Assembly: GCA_964016885.1 (NCBI GenBank)
Contig: OZ024741.1
Location: forward strand, 138,198,001 to 138,262,000
Length of the DNA: 64,000 bases
Direction: 5' to 3'
Source of the DNA: Eledone cirrhosa
Taxonomy: Eukaryota
Every line of letters starts with the position of its first letter. Within the stretch, counting starts at the first letter, position 1. This document shows, in pieces, positions 39,201 through 53,381 of this stretch. Under the pieces are notes generated by a model. That model did not search any database, was not told the DNA's origin, and saw nothing but the letters and a program-made list of their open reading frames with translations. A program made the translations under genes and the position numbers.

Positions 39201-39385
39201 CTGGATTGGCAGTATCGGTAGAGGGTCGGATGCCATGCTTTGCAGCAAAGAGTTACGGCCTTTTATGGTCTGAGTTCAAATACCGCCTAGGTTAACTTTG
39301 CCTTTAATCCTTACGGGGTCGATAAAACAATATACCCATAATACACTGGGATAATTGCTGGCTTTGTGCCAAAAGTAGAAACAAT
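39201..39385 (+). mobile_element. tRNA-derived SINE with Nin/Deu-like core (octopus OK-type)
   Basis: A box tggcagtatcgg, B box gagttcaaat, core gcctttaatccttacggggtcgataaa, (TTA) flanks. Confidence 0.85.
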
Positions 39386-39404
39386 TATTATAATCATTAT
39401 TATT

Positions 39405-40260
39405 CCTCGAATCTCAGTCATTGATGTTGGTTAACTGGAAAGTCCGTTGGATTGAATATCAAGCCACTACCTGCAGCCTCAGATATTCAGGACGTATCGG
39501 AGGGTTCTTGCCGTTCCAAGCAAGCATGCCTTTTGAAGCGTTCCAAAAAGCGTGAAGGGGCCGATTTTCTTTAACCATCCCTGGAAACCTTTGGAGATAG
39601 TCCCCAGTGCGCCTATGACAATCGGGATCACTTTGACTTCATGGCAGTTCCAAATCCTTTTCACCTCCCACTTTAGGTCCTGGTATCGGATAATTTTCTC
39701 CCTCTCCTTCTCTTGCACTCTCGTGTCGAACGGGCAGGCCACATCCACAATCAGGCACGATCTTTTTTCTTTGTCCACAACCACCAGGTCAGGTCTATTG
39801 TGTTCCAGTTTTTTGTCCGTCTGTATCCTAAAATCCCACAGCACCTTCACCTGACTGTTCTCCATCACCGCCTCTGGCCTATGCTCATACCATTTCTCAG
39901 AATGTGGTAGATTGTTTACTTTGCACAGGTGCCAGTGGATCACCCTGCCCATCACATCGTGTCTCCAGCCCTTATAGTGGGTCTGGGCTAGGTGTTTACA
40001 CTCGGACACAATGTGAGCCACAGTCTCCTCTCTCTCTCCACAGATCCTGCACAGTGGGCTAGCCTCCTCCTTGTAGATATGGTGCTTCAACCACTTCGTT
40101 TTGAGGGCCTGCTCCTGCGCAGCCATTAGCATTTCTTCTGTAGCCTTTTTGAGGTCTCCTCTTCTCAACCAGTTCCATGTCTGTGGATCTCTAAATTCAG
40201 TTTTCTCAAAGAAGGTACTATGAAGGGATTTTCCCTTAAGGCTGCTCTTCCTCCTTGATG
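39405..40260 (-). mobile_element. Dong/R4-clade LINE 3' fragment with intact restriction-like endonuclease frame (39479-40168)
   Basis: CRICGEREETVAHIVSEC, RHD, LWDF, NRPDLVV, VDVACPFD, EK..RYQDL, PIVIGALG; both ends at (TTA)n. Confidence 0.92.
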
Positions 40261-40314
<54 letters not shown>

Positions 40315-40317
40315 AAG

Positions 40318-40504
40318 GGCGGCGGATTGGCAGTATCGGTAGAGGGTCGGACGTCATGATTTGACGCATAGAATTACGGCCCTTTCCATTCTGAGTTCAA
40401 ATCCTGCCGAGGTCAACTTTGCCTTTCATCCTTGCGGGGTCGATAAAATAAAGTACCATTAACATACTGGGTAATTGCTAGTCTTGTGCCAAAAGTAGAA
40501 ACAA
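40318..40504 (+). mobile_element. tRNA-derived SINE
   Basis: Same A/B boxes and core as 39201-39385. Confidence 0.88.
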
Positions 40505-41055
40505 CTATCAGCTGAGTCCATCATGAAGATTGCCCCGCCCTCGCCTTTAGCCTGGAAGGGCAGGCAGTTTTTATCTGTCTGGTGGCCATGGCGAAAGAGA
40601 TAGTATGTTGGACAGGTCTGAAAGGGCTGAAGACGAGCACTTACCCCTTCGGTGATGCCCTGATTAACTTTTTCTAATTTCATTTGAGAAGGAAAATCAG
40701 GGTAGAGAGGGAAGTGCTCTCTTCCCAGCTTTTTGTTGAAAGATGGGTGAGAGAGGCAAGAATGGCCCGAGTGAGTGAACCTACTCTGAGTATATGCCTG
40801 TAAATTGAAGGTGGAAAACTAGGGAGGACAATTGCCCTGGTGGTCAGGGTCACCGTGGCTTTTTTAATGGGCTTTCTGCACGAATGGCCCTCGGAAGTAT
40901 CCCCCCTATTGGGGAATTTTTTCATTGTTCTATTATTACATCCTCTGTTTCTTGTTTTTTTACACGCAGAAATGCCCATTTGTACCGCCCTGTATTGTCC
41001 TTTACTGTCCTTAATGTCTACTTTATGAAGACCCTTGTGGTTAATAAAGAAAGCA
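40505..41055 (+). mobile_element. Tx1-like LINE 3' fragment
   Basis: Collinear with 44078-44650; ends ggttaataaagaaa + (ATT)n. Confidence 0.9.
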
Positions 41056-41075
41056 TTATTATTATTATTATTATT

Positions 41076-41558
41076 ACAGCTGCATTTATCTTGCTTTATG
41101 TTCATACGAGTTATCATCAAGTCACAACCAGTGACCTCAAGAGACAACAAGGTCCGCCATGTTCAAGAAAGAACATACATACTCACACATGCATCTTTAA
41201 GCGTTTAGACTTGTGGTGTACTTATATTGACAGAATCTTCCTTAGTATATGGGCAGTTCCCATTAGTACTATCTTTGTATTTCTCCTATACGCGGGTTTC
41301 CTGGGATTTGCGATAAGTAATCATTAGACCCCTTAGGTATCACTCCTAGAGCGCCTACAACCACTGGTATTGTTATAGTTCTCAATTTCCACATGTTTCC
41401 AATTTCTATCTCCAGGTCCTTATACTAGCTAAATTTTTCAAATGTTTTTATAGATACATTCTTGTCTATTGGAACGGATATATGAATTAGCAGGCATACC
41501 CTCTTTTTAAAGTCCTTCAATATTATATCAAGTCTATTTGCATCTATTTTTCGGTCTG
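41076..41558 (-). mobile_element. Diverged Dong/R4 3' fragment
   Basis: DRKIDANRLDIILKD..CLLIHISVPID..EKFS*YKDLEIEI..W...IPVVVGALG. Confidence 0.8.
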
Positions 41559-44500
41559 ACAGGTACCGATTGGATTTCCCGAATGTACCAATGTGGACTT
41601 GGACAAATCGCATAGGGTCATCCAGATCATATCTAGATAGAGTATTTTGTAGAGAAATAGATAAGTCTAGCATAGGCTGCCCATAATTCAAGATAGTCAG
41701 CTACACGGACCACAAATTCGTGACCTGTGTACTTGACTTAGATAGGCTTAATAGACGAGGACCCGGCTACTGGAACCTAAACGCGTCCTTAACAGCGCGC
41801 AAGGCCTACATGGACCGGATTAGCGAACTAGTTAAGCGGGCGTTGACGGGCGCCATCGTCAACAACAAGTGGTGGTTTGCTCTGAAAAGAACAATTAGAA
41901 TAGAGTCCATTAGGTTTAGTAAGGCTTTAGAAATAGAGAAAAATAGAGCAGAGGGAGAATTAGTTAGAAAATTAGACGAGGCGCTTAGCAAAGGCATCGC
42001 GACCGACGTTCTTGCGGCGAAATTGGCCTTTGACCAATTCTTCAATGCAAAGCACGAAGGCTGCGTTGTCAGAGCTAGGGTGCGTGCTCTCAGACAGGAG
42101 GGGACGAAAGCCGTTCAATGGGTCCGAGTGGCGCAGGCGCGTCGTGGCAACAAAACAACGATCCGGTCTTTGGTGGACCACGACGGGCGCATGCTACTCG
42201 ATCCCGGGCAAATGTGTGAAGCTTTTCAGCGACACTTCACTCAGTTCTTCGGGGGCTGCAGCGGGCTGGATCGAGGGATGGACTTTAGTGTCTACCTCGA
42301 CGGACTGCCGCGGCTCTCGTCCACTGAGGCAAAGTGTTGCAAAAAGCCGATAACAGCCGCTGAAGTACGGGAGGCAATGACTAGCTGCACAAGGTGTAAA
42401 TCGGAGGCCTCTTGGCGGACGTCTACTGCAACTGGCAACAGAATGGGAGAATTCCCAGCTCTGTAAGCCGAGGAGCTGTGGCGCTGCTGAGAGAGGATCC
42501 GAACAAGGGGGATAACATAGATCATTTTAGGCCATAGCTCTGCTAAACACAGAGTTCAAGATTTTTGCCAAGGTGCTAGCAAAGAGGTTGGCGCTTGTCG
42601 TTGGTGGTCTGGTGGGAGAGGCGCAGACATGCGCCATTCCCGACAACATCCACCTCATGCGATACATCGTAGAGAGGGTAGCTAGGGACCTGGCACAGGT
42701 GGGTCCTTGATCAATATAGATCAGTCGAAAGATTTCGATAGTGTCGACCATCGTTACCTAGCGGCAGTCCTGAGGGTGGCTGGCTTTGGGCCCTTCTTCA
42801 GAGGCTGGATCGCTGCCATGCACGGCGACATCTGCTCTGTGGTGAGAGTGAATGGTCACCTTTAGGAACCGTTCAACATCATGCATTCGGTCCGCCAAGG
42901 ATGTCCCCTCTCGTCCCTCTTGTACGCATTGACTCTCGAGCCATTACTGCACAAACTGGAGACGTTGAGGGGGTCCCGCGCGAACTAGGATGCGGAAGAT
43001 CCGTGTCAGCATATGCGGACGATGTCACCGTAGTGGTGTCGAACGCCAAACACATCGAGGCGATCGGCACTACACTAAGAGAATACGAAGCGGTGACAGG
43101 AGCAATGATCAACCAGGAAAAGTCAGTGGGTCTCCAGCTCGGCACCTGGAGAGGCAGGTCCATGCCGTCCAACAGCGTCGTCGGGCGCTCGACGGACGGA
43201 CTAGTTAAATTGCTCGGGGTCTGGTTCGGTCCGGATCTCCAGACGGACAAAAACTGGGACGAGGTGACGCGCAGGGTGCCTTCTCTCACCCAGAAATGGG
43301 CCGAGAGGAAGCTATCCCTGAAAGGTCGAGCGGAGGTGGCTAACGCGTATATCGCGTCCGTCATCTACTACCGCCTGACCGTCGTACCTTGTCCTAAGCC
43401 CCCCTGACTGCCCTGGAGCGTTTGCTCTTTCGCTTTGTTTGGAAGGGACGCGCTCCGATGGTTAGGCGGTCCATCTGCTGTCAACACCCGCTACGTGGAG
43501 GGCTGGGAATGCTGTGGCTGATGATGCGCAGACACGCGCTTAGGCTACGACATCTCCATCTCTTCCTCGACGGTGATCAGGTGTGGTCTCCGTTTGCTAG
43601 ACACGCCCTTCCCCAGCTCGTCTCCTTGACGGACCTGCAGTCCTGGGTCAAGCGAAGACAGAGAGGGAGCGCTTGGAGACTTGAATGTCTTGAAGCGCTC
43701 ACAGCCCTCGACCAATCGGTCAATGTGATCGGTGGAAACTCCACCTTGGCGTTCTATAGAGGATTAGTGGAGGGGAAGAGCGACGACGTACTTGTGGAAA
43801 CTCTAGTCGTCGACGAAAATCAACTAGCCAATCTCTTAGGAAGAACTTTCGGGCCGGGGCCTATGGACAACTTCCAGAAATCCCTGGCCTGGCAGTGCTA
43901 CCGAGGAGCTTTGCCAATTCGGGATAAACTTTACAGGCATGGAGGTGCCGTCAGCCGGGCATGTCTGAGATGCGCGCAGGGCGACGAAACCGTCCTGCAA
44001 GCACTCGTCCATTGTCCGAGCATTGCTGACTTGTGGGTTTATGTCGAACAGCTGCTGTCGCGTGTGCGACGGATCCAGCTATCAGCTGAGTCCATCGTGA
44101 GGATTGCCCCGCCCTCTTCCTTTAGCCGGGAAGGGCAGGCAGTTTTTATCTGTCTGGTGGCCATGGCGAAATTGATAGTATGGTGGACACGTTTGAAAGG
44201 GCTGAAGACGAGCACTTACTTCCCCGGTGATACCCTGATTAACTTTTTCAAATTTCATCTGAAAAGGAAAATCAGGGTAGAAAAGGAGGTGCTCTCTTCC
44301 CAGCATTTTGTTGAAATATGGGTGAGAGAGGCAAGAATGGCCCGAGAGAATGGGCCTACTCTGAGTATGTGTCTGTAAATTAAAGGTGGAAAACTGGGAG
44401 AGGGCACTTGCCTTGGTGGTCAGGGTCACTGTGGTCTTTTAATGGGCTTTCTCCACCAATGTCTCTCGGAAGTTTCCCGCCTAATGGGGAACTTTTTCAT

Positions 44501-44650
44501 TTTCTTTTTTTTTTTTTTTCATTGTTCTATTATTACATCCTCTGTTTCTTGTTTTTTTTACACGCAGAAATGCCCATTTGTACCGCCCTGTATTGTCCTG
44601 TACTGTCCTTAATATCTACTTTATGTAAACCCATGTGGTTAATAAAGAAA
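41558..44650 (+). mobile_element. 5'-truncated Tx1-like LINE (same family as 31331-36530, opposite strand)
   Basis: End of APE domain (SYLDR, YTDH, GYW), RT with YADD, 318-aa C-terminal ORF 43422-44378 with CLRC..LVHC; 3' end at (ATT)n. Confidence 0.92.
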
Positions 44651-44694
44651 TCATTATTATTATTATTATTATTATTATTTTCATTATTATTGTA

Positions 44695-47600
44695 CTTTTT
44701 GCCTGAGTCATTGATGTTATTAAACTGGAAAGTTTGTTGAAATGAATATCAAGCTGCTACCTGCAGCCTCAGATATTCAGGACGTATCGGGGGGTTGTTG
44801 CTGTTCCCAGCAAGCATGCCTTTTGAAGTGTTCCAAAAAGCAGGGGTGCACATCTTCTTTAACCATCCCTAGAAACTCCTTGTGATAGTACCTAGTGCGC
44901 CTATGACAGTCGGGACCACTTTGACTTCATGGCAGTTCCAAATCCTTTTTATCTCCCACTTGAAGTCTTCTTATCGGTTAATTTTCTCCCTCTCCTTCTC
45001 TTGCACTCTGTGTCGAATGGGCAGGCCACATCCACAATCAGGCACGATCTTTTTTCCTTGTCCAAAACCACCAGGTCAGGTCTATTGTGTTCCAGTTTCT
45101 TGTCCGTCTGTATCCTAAAATCCCACAGCACCTTCACCTGATCATTTTCTATCACCGACTCTGGCCCATCACATCATGTCTCGAGCCTTTATAGTGCGTC
45201 TGGGCTAGGTGTTTACACTCGAATACAATGTGAGCCACAGTCTCCTCTCTCCCTCCACAGATCCTGCACAGTGGGCTAGCCTCCTCCTTGTAAATATGGT
45301 GTTTCAGCCACTTCGTTTTGAGGGCCTGCTCCTGACCAGCCATTAGCATTCCTACTGTAGCATTTTTATGGTCTCCTCTTTTCAACCAGTTCCATGTATG
45401 TGGATCTCTGAATTCCGTTTTCTCAAAGAAGGTACTATGAAGGGATTTTTCATGAAGGCTGCTCTTTCTCCTTGTTGTTATTTCCTCCTTGGACATCCCC
45501 TGGTCTATTGTCCTCTCCTTCAGTACAATTTTTAGCATTGGCTCCTTACTATCGGTCACGTATTTGTGTAGGTTGTTTTTCTCCATCTGAACACAGTTCT
45601 CTATGCTGATAAGACCTCTTCCACCTTCAGATCTCCTTAAGTAGAGTCTATCGACATCACTCCTTTTGTGGAACATGTTGTAGATAGTCAATAGCTTCCT
45701 AGTCTTCCTATCCATTTTTTTTCGTTCAGCAACATTCCATCTCGGAATTCCCGCACTGTACCTAATAATAGACACAGCTCGGGAATGTTCTGCACTTATG
45801 GCATTCCTACTGTTCAGATGTTACTTTAATACGATCCTTACTCTCCGAATGTATTCAGATCTAATAAATTCCTTCATTGTTTTTGTTCTTGATGTCATCA
45901 GCCCCCAGAACACCCAAATACTTGCATCCTTCTTCAGTGTTAATTTCCTTTATCATCTCACCTGTTGGTACCTGGATTCCGTTGCTTCTGCTCAATTTAC
46001 CCCTCTTCATCACAAGGACTCCACACTTACTAATACCAAATTGCATACATATATCGTTGCTGAAAATACGGACAGTGTCAACAAGCACATCCAACTCCTT
46101 CTCACTCTTCCCGACGAGCTTAAGATCGTCCATGAAGAGGAGTTGATTGATGGTAAGCTCTCCCTTTCCCAACTTGTATCCTGCTCTCACTTTTCGCAGT
46201 ATAATGGTCAAAGGCATCAGGGCAAGGACAAACAACAGAGGGGACAACTATCTCCCTGGAAGATACCTCTCTTGATCCTCACGCCTCCCAAGGATTCTCC
46301 GCCTGATGTTAACTCTGTTTTCCAGGAATTTATACTTTTGCCCAACAACTGTCTGATGTTATCTGCGACCCTGAAGATCTCTAGGCTTTTGGTGATCCCA
46401 TGGAAAGACCAGTGTGTCTCCTCTTGCAATTCCTCATTACCATCTTATCAATAAGTAACTGGTCCTTTGTACCACGGGACTTCTTTCGGCATCCTTTCTG
46501 TTCGTCCGGTAACAAGTTGTTTGTGTGCAGGTGATAGTAGATTTCCTCAGACACAATGGTTGTCAACAGTTTCCACATTACGGACAGACATGTGATAGGT
46601 CTATAGTACGTAACATCATTACCCTTGATTCGGTCTTTCATTACCAGAACTGTGGTACCTTTTGTCAACCACTCTGGTACCTCACATGACATCAAGCAGT
46701 CATTGAACATGGTTGTCAGTTTCGGGTGGAGGGATGTTATATTTGTAATCCAATACCCCTGCACACCATCTGGGCCTGGTTATTTGCAGTTGGTTAGTTT
46801 CTTGGCCTGCCCCTTAAGAGTTTCAACTGTGATACTCAGATCAGTTTGTTGGTGTGCTTGTTCACTAATCTCCTTTTGTACTGTCTCAATCCACACTGCC
46901 TGGACATTATGTTTAACATCTAGCTCCCATATTCCTCTCCAGAATGTCTTAATTTGTTCCGCCTCAGGTATCAAGTCGTTGCCTCTTTCTTTCCCTTCAA
47001 GCTGTCCAAACAACATCTTCTGGTTGTTGTCAAACATGCGGCTCTGTCTATACTGACTGACTCTGCTCTCGTATCGCCTAATTTTTGCGCTCTTTGCTAC
47101 AATGCGTTGCTTCAGTTCCTCTATGATAATATTTAGCTTTTTCCTCCTAGTTTTGTACTTTATTTCCAGTCTATTTTTAGTGTCTATGTTTTTTAGTGTT
47201 TCAGTAGGGACTCAAGCTTTCGAATGTCATTTCTCATTTCCCTGATTCAGTCGTTTCTTCTATCAATGTTCTGATTTTTCTTGTCTGTTGTTTCCTCTCG
47301 CTTTTATGTTAAGTAATTTCCTCACCGCATTTTCTGATGCTTTGAGAATGTTGTTGCACTGGTGAAGGCTCCTCACCTCAAGGTATGGGATCACTTTGTT
47401 TACCTTAGCTGTTGTTTCTTTTAACTTTTTCCTGTCTACAAATCTTAGGTTTATAGGTTTTCCATTATCATTGTTCATTTCATCTACCACTAAGTTTAGG
47501 ATATCAACCAAATCTTGTCCTAGCCCGTCAGCATTCATCTCCTCAATGGCCGTATCTTTGTTCCAGGTATTATTTATTTCAGCATTCAGATCATTGTCTG

Positions 47601-48080
47601 CTTCAGATGGTTCCTCCGTTCTCTCAACCTCTTCACCTTCATTTCCCACTGGCTTGTTTGCCTGGCATACTCCACTCTCCATTTCCAACCTAATCTCTCT
47701 GCTCAGTTCCTCCAGTTCCAGCTTACTTATCCACCCATTAGTTCTTATTACCCGAGCCTGCCCGGCCAATTTTTGTTCATCTAATTTAAATAGACCAATC
47801 TCGTTCCAGATGTTATGCATCCGTTTCCTATAGCCTTTTTCCTCGGGGTTACTCTTCAGGTAACATTGCATAACAGTTCTATTCAATTCTTTCGTCCAGT
47901 TGGTTCTGGTCCCTTTCCTACTTCCTCTTCTTCCGACACCAGCAGTATTTGGTTGACAGCCTGGTACCTGCTACTGAGCTAGGGAGCACCTGCTGGGTGA
48001 CATTCCAGTCTCCACTTCACCGTTATTCCATCTGTTTAGGTTCGACATTTAAACACTCTTATCCAGGATTGGTGAATGTA
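44695..48080 (-). mobile_element. Near full-length Dong/R4 LINE, frameshifted (ORF ~48048 to 44769)
   Basis: N-terminal WTKELN..VMQCY..GYRKRM; PGPDG, YRPITCL, EQKGC, RGIFQGDS, LFMDDLKL, KYLG, GGRGL, CCHC, RHD, RPD. Confidence 0.93.
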
Positions 48081-48297
48081 TGGTTACATAACCACCGGTG
48101 ATTTCATCACGCCCGGTGATTTTAGTGTGGTACTATCACGCTGTATACGAACATAAATAGACAAACAAACAAATAGGTAACCCCACCCCCCCAAAAAAGC
48201 ATAAGTTTCATTGTAATGTAATGTTTGAATGTCTGACTTATTTTTTTGTTTTTTCTTCTTGTCTGTCTGTCCGTTTGTTTTTTTTTCTTTTTTCTTT

Positions 48298-49570
48298 TCC
48301 AGAAAAGGGGCGCCGAGAGGAGGCTGTCTCTGAAATGTCGGGTGGAGCTGGCGAATGCGTACATAACGTCCGTCATCTACTACCACCTGACCGTCGTACT
48401 TTGCCCCCGCCCACCTCTAACCAAAATGGAGCACCTTCTCTTCCGCTTTTAGTGGAAGGGACGTGCTCCCATGGTCAGACGATCCGTAGACGGTTAGGCA
48501 TGCCGTCGCTGATGATGCACAAACATGCGCTGAGGCTGCGACATCTCTGGAGCTTCCTTGACGGTGAACAGGTGTGGTCTCCGTTTGCCAGGCGCGCTTT
48601 TCCCAGCTCGTCTCCTTGACGGAGCTGCAGTCCTGGATTGGGAAAAGACCGAGGGATAGCGCTTGGAAGCTGGAATGTCTCCAAGCGCTCACCGCCCTCT
48701 AACAGCTGGGCACTAGTATCGGCGGAACATCCACCTTGGCGTTCTATAGAGTGCTAGTGGAGGGAAAGAACGACGACGTTCTCGGGGAGACCCTGGGAGG
48801 TCGAAGACGATCAGCTGTTCGCTCTCTTCAAGAGAACTTTCAGACCGGGGCCTATGGACAACTTCCAGAAATCCCTGGCCTGTCAGTGCTACCGGGGAGC
48901 GTTGCCGCTTCGGGATAAGCTCTACAGGCACGGACGTGCTGTCAGCCGAGCCTGTAGGAGATACAAGCAGGGCGACGAAACCGTCTAACACGCACTCGTT
49001 CAGTGCCCGAGGATTGCTGACTTATGTAGCCATGTCGAACAGCTGCTGTCGTGTGTAGGAAGAGCAAGCAGTTTTCATCTGACTGGTGGCCATGGTGAAA
49101 GAGATTTGTGTGGTGGAAAAGGTTGAAAGGGTTGAAGTCGGACACTTTCCTCTCCGGCCAATCCTTGATTAACTTTTCCAAGTTTCACTTGAAGAGGAAA
49201 ATCAGGGTGGAGAGGAAAGTGCTGTCTTCTAGTAAGTTTGTTGAAAGTGGCGAGTCTGGTCCGAGTAAACGGGCCCGCTCTGAGTATGCGCCTGTAGACT
49301 GAGGAGTGGAAAACTGAGAGAGGGCTCTTGCCCTGGTGGTCAGGGTGGCCGTGGTCTTTTTTATGTGGTTTTCGCCTCGAGTGACTTTCAGAGGTTTCTC
49401 CCTTTTGGGGGAATTTTTGTTGTTTGAATTTTTTTTCATTTCTATCCCAATTTCTATCTTGTTTTAAACTATTTGCACGACCAAAACCCACTTTGTATCG
49501 TCTTGTACTGTTCTGTGCCGTCTGTAATGTTTTTCTTCGTGTTAGCCCTTGTGGCGAATAAAGATACCAT
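48298..49570 (+). mobile_element. Diverged Tx1-like LINE 3' fragment (older subfamily)
   Basis: ERRLSLKCRVELANAYITSVIYY, LRLRHL, WWKRLKGLKS..FHLKRKIRVER; many indels. Confidence 0.85.
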
Positions 49571-49577
49571 TATGATT

Positions 49578-49685
49578 AAATCCCGCCGAGGTTAACTTTG
49601 CCTTTCATCCTTACGGGGTCGATAAAATAAAGTACCAGTACTTTACTGGGTTATTGCTGGCCTTGTGCCCAATATAGAAACAATT
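49578..49685 (+). mobile_element. SINE 3' half
   Basis: aaatcccgccgaggttaactttgcctttcatcc...tagaaacaa. Confidence 0.85.
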
Positions 49686-50577
49686 ATTATTATTTTTGTT
49701 GTTGTTGTTGTTGTTGTAGAACAAAGCTCACATTCAATATTTCATAAAATGTAACCTCTCCCTTCATTAACATAATCTTACAATATATTTGTTAAAATAT
49801 ATCTATTACAATTTAATCTTAGTTTATATCAACGTTTCCTTTCAAAATATGAAAATTAATGCCATAATTTTGTATAAGCATCATGTCATATTGATTGTTT
49901 TATTTTTGTATCATTACCTGGTGTTATCCATATTGCCACGTGTCTGTACACACAAATTTACCCTTCATATTGTAGTTAAGACACTAGTAAATAAAATACG
50001 ACACCAAGATATAGGGACACATGAAGAGATGCATTATGGCCTTCTTCATTTAGTTTGTTGGATCTAATTCACACAAGAGCCAAATTTAAATTTGGTTTTC
50101 CAAAGATTAATCACGTAATATTAATAAAGTTTTGATTAAATAGATTATATTTATCACAATTATGTCTCTTTGGCACTTACATATACATAAATCTTATGTG
50201 AGATGAGTTATGACGAAGCCATGCATATAATTTGGTTTGCATGCTTTATTTCGCCAAATTCAAAATAAGAGATTATACAAAGGCCATAAATATGGCTATT
50301 AATAACAAGCATATAAATCTGCATATTCATTGAGCTGACCTGCTGGAATGTGAAATCCTGCGTTAGCTGCTTCAGAAAATATAATCTATTGTAGTATTGC
50401 TTAAATTTTGACATGGGGTATACATATCTAATAAATATAATGGATCCTGAAAAAATATAAAATCCCGATGTTTATTAATGTCGCAAACAGTCTGACTAAA
50501 AGTAGACATCAAGAAATATATGTTAAATATAGAGCAAATGTAACTGCTTTGGTGACCTTTTTATGGTTAAAATAACC

Positions 50578-50623
50578 TTCCACCTGACGATATATATTGC
50601 GGCATGGAAATATATAGGTGGAA
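50578..50623 (+). ncRNA. Decayed hammerhead-like motif
   Basis: ttccac-CTGACGA-weak stem II-GAAA-tatata-g-gtggaa. Confidence 0.5.
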
Positions 50624-50794
50624 TTATCCTTAATATTGAACTCTTACTTTATTGACACCCATGCGATGTAAATTCTGGGCGCATAGGACAAGGCAGAATT
50701 GAGTAACACATTTTAAACGACCATCGAACGACTGTAAATCGTTTTAACCAACCTTTTAACGACGAGAAATTCTGAAATTCACCGCCTAATATAA

Positions 50795-50926
50795 TTGTTT
50801 CTACTTTAGGCACAATGCCAGCAATTATCCCAGTGCATTACTGGTACTGTATTTTATCGACCCCGTAAGGATGAAAGGCAAAGTTAACCTCGGCGGGATT
50901 TGAACTCAGATCATAAAGGGACGTAA
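50795..50926 (-). mobile_element. SINE fragment
   Basis: Reverse complement of B box, core and tail. Confidence 0.85.
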
Positions 50927-51898
50927 TGAGTATGTTCTTGGCAGCTTCCTATCCAAAAATATCTAAAACATTTGAATACTTTGCGTCACTAATAAAATAC
51001 AGTTTAAAAAACAAAGGAATTAATGATAAATAGTAATCTCAATAAATGTATCATATCATTTCTACAGAAAATTAGAGAGAAGAATAAATAATTTGAAACA
51101 CTGTTTTCCTTTAAAGAATTGAAACTTTGTAAACGTCAAATCGATGAAGAAATTATAAATAAAGAAATTGACAGCATTTCCCAAAATTAGAAAAAAGAAA
51201 AAAGATACGAGATAATTTCAAGAATAACCTAATCAGTTATTTGATATTTCCCGAAAGTCACACTCAATGCGAAATAAATTGTATACTGTTTTATTTTATT
51301 TTTCTTTGTTTTATTTATATTTGTTACATTTAAAATTTAGTTTCTGTCTGGATTGATTTGGAGAGAAACTAAATAAAGTTAACAGCCACAGGTTCGATCT
51401 GGTATATTGAAAGTGATTCCGATCTCTTGAGACCTCTGAAAATAAACAGTTTTAAAAATTGAGAACAAGACAGACAATCTGATCTGATGTTACGGTTTAT
51501 TAGAATTAAAAAAAAGAAGAAACATTGCATGGTATAATTTATTTTTAAATTCGATGAAAAGAAAACTTTTCTTCCCAATCTCCTGACATAACAAGTGGTA
51601 ATGAATTCTACAAAGAAACAGAAGACTCGTATATTTATTGGTAACGTTTTAGGCTATATTCAATCTTTGTATTTTTCTTTATACTGATATGTTAAGTGCA
51701 TTCTAATAACTGATCATACCAGCGGCGCGCTATGATTGATAACACGTTGATTACTTTCAACACTAATTTACTTTTCTCTACTTTAGAAATCTTCAAAAGT
51801 AAATTTATTTGGAGCAATTATAAAACAGATTATTTCATATCAATATGATAAACATCTATAGAGATATAATTCAAAATATACTCTAAATCATGTATATA

Positions 51899-51968
<70 letters not shown>

Positions 51969-52494
51969 AATGGCGTGCTGCGTGGTTGCACATGGGTTAC
52001 ATAGGAATAAAATTAGTCCTTCATCAGGGATCTTCCAACCTTAATTGGTATTTCTTCGCTTTAAAGACATACAGCTCTGGTTGGTGCGAACAATAACTAA
52101 AGAAAGTTATTGGGACACGCAAAATAGGGTGAAGCGAGCGAGACATGTAAACAAACATAGATGGTAATGCAACAGAAAGAGAGGAAGAGGAGAAACAAGT
52201 CCATGATATCTATGAACTTAAGTTGGCTGAAATCATAGACGAGAGGTAAAGACCATCCGACCTGGGCAAGATGTGAGCGAGAAAAGGATTTCAAACAGGT
52301 CAAACGGGAGGAAGTGAGAGAGGGGAGAAGCAGAGCGTGAGTGAGTGAACAGTCGCTGAAACACGAACACACATCAAACACTATACACACACGCAAACGC
52401 ATGCGCAGAGAAGAAGACAAAAATAAATAAATAAATAAATGAACAGATTAAATAAAGGTGGCGTAGACATACAATACAACAGGAGGAAACATAA

Positions 52495-52546
52495 TAGCAC
52501 CACTGACGATGTTGCAGATGTGCAACGAAAGAACTTTGTTAGACTA
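52495..52546 (+). ncRNA. Hammerhead-like motif (family shared with 9172-9223)
   Basis: CTGACGA-t-gttgca-gatg-tgcaac-GAAA-gaac-tt; downstream 52570-52722 homologous to 9280-9443. Confidence 0.55.
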
Positions 52547-52963
52547 TATATATGTGTTTGTGTCTATATTATATCTGTATTTTTGACCGTTGGTCAGTCA
52601 ATAGTAAACATTGAGGACCGAATAAATTACTGATATAAAAGATACAGAAGCGAAAACCAAACAAACAGTGAGTCTGTTCTGTTATTAATTCTGGCAATAT
52701 TATTAAAACAATATGACCCTCCCCTATGCACACATGTATTATATGTGCATTATATAATTTGTTACATAATTTCCAGGGGTTTCAGAAACAATAAAGAGAT
52801 GTTGTCGACTAAATCGATTTTAATCAATCAGACATGGTCCAGGTTAATTTAAACCTTTCTGTATCTATCGTCCTTGTGTTATATGTATGGCTGTAGAAGC
52901 ATTGAGTTCTCAAACAAATTGAAAAGTACTTGCTGTACAACGGCTGAAATTTTAATTCACAGC

Positions 52964-53009
<46 letters not shown>

Positions 53010-53011
<2 letters not shown>

Positions 53012-53381
53012 CAACACCTGCCCCCACATCACCAACAACACCACCTTCCAGGGTTCCAACGGCCACTCTCTCTCTGTCACGCACGCCTTCCGCTGCACCT
53101 CCTCCAACCTAGTCTATGGACTTCGCCGCACAGAGTGCAGCGCAACTTACGTCGGACAGACTGGACGTCGCCTGGCGGACCGTTTCACCGAACACCTCCG
53201 GGATATTCGTCTCAGCGGGAGTTCCCCCATCGCTCGCCACTTTGGTACCCCTGGACATACCGCGCACCACCTCCAATGCCACGGAACACCCGCCACCCGC
53301 CTCAGGGTCGAACAACGCACCATCTTCACCCTACAGACCCACACTCCCCCCGGCCTGACCTGTCCAACCCTATTCCTTTAG
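53010..53381 (+). pseudogene. Penelope-like element GIY-YIG endonuclease, 5'-truncated at (TA)n
   Basis: Open frame without start (not in track): CNTCPHI...FRCTSSNLVYGLRRTECSATYVGQTGRRLADRFTEHLRDIR...PIARHF...RLRVEQRTIFTLQTHTPPGL. Confidence 0.92.
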
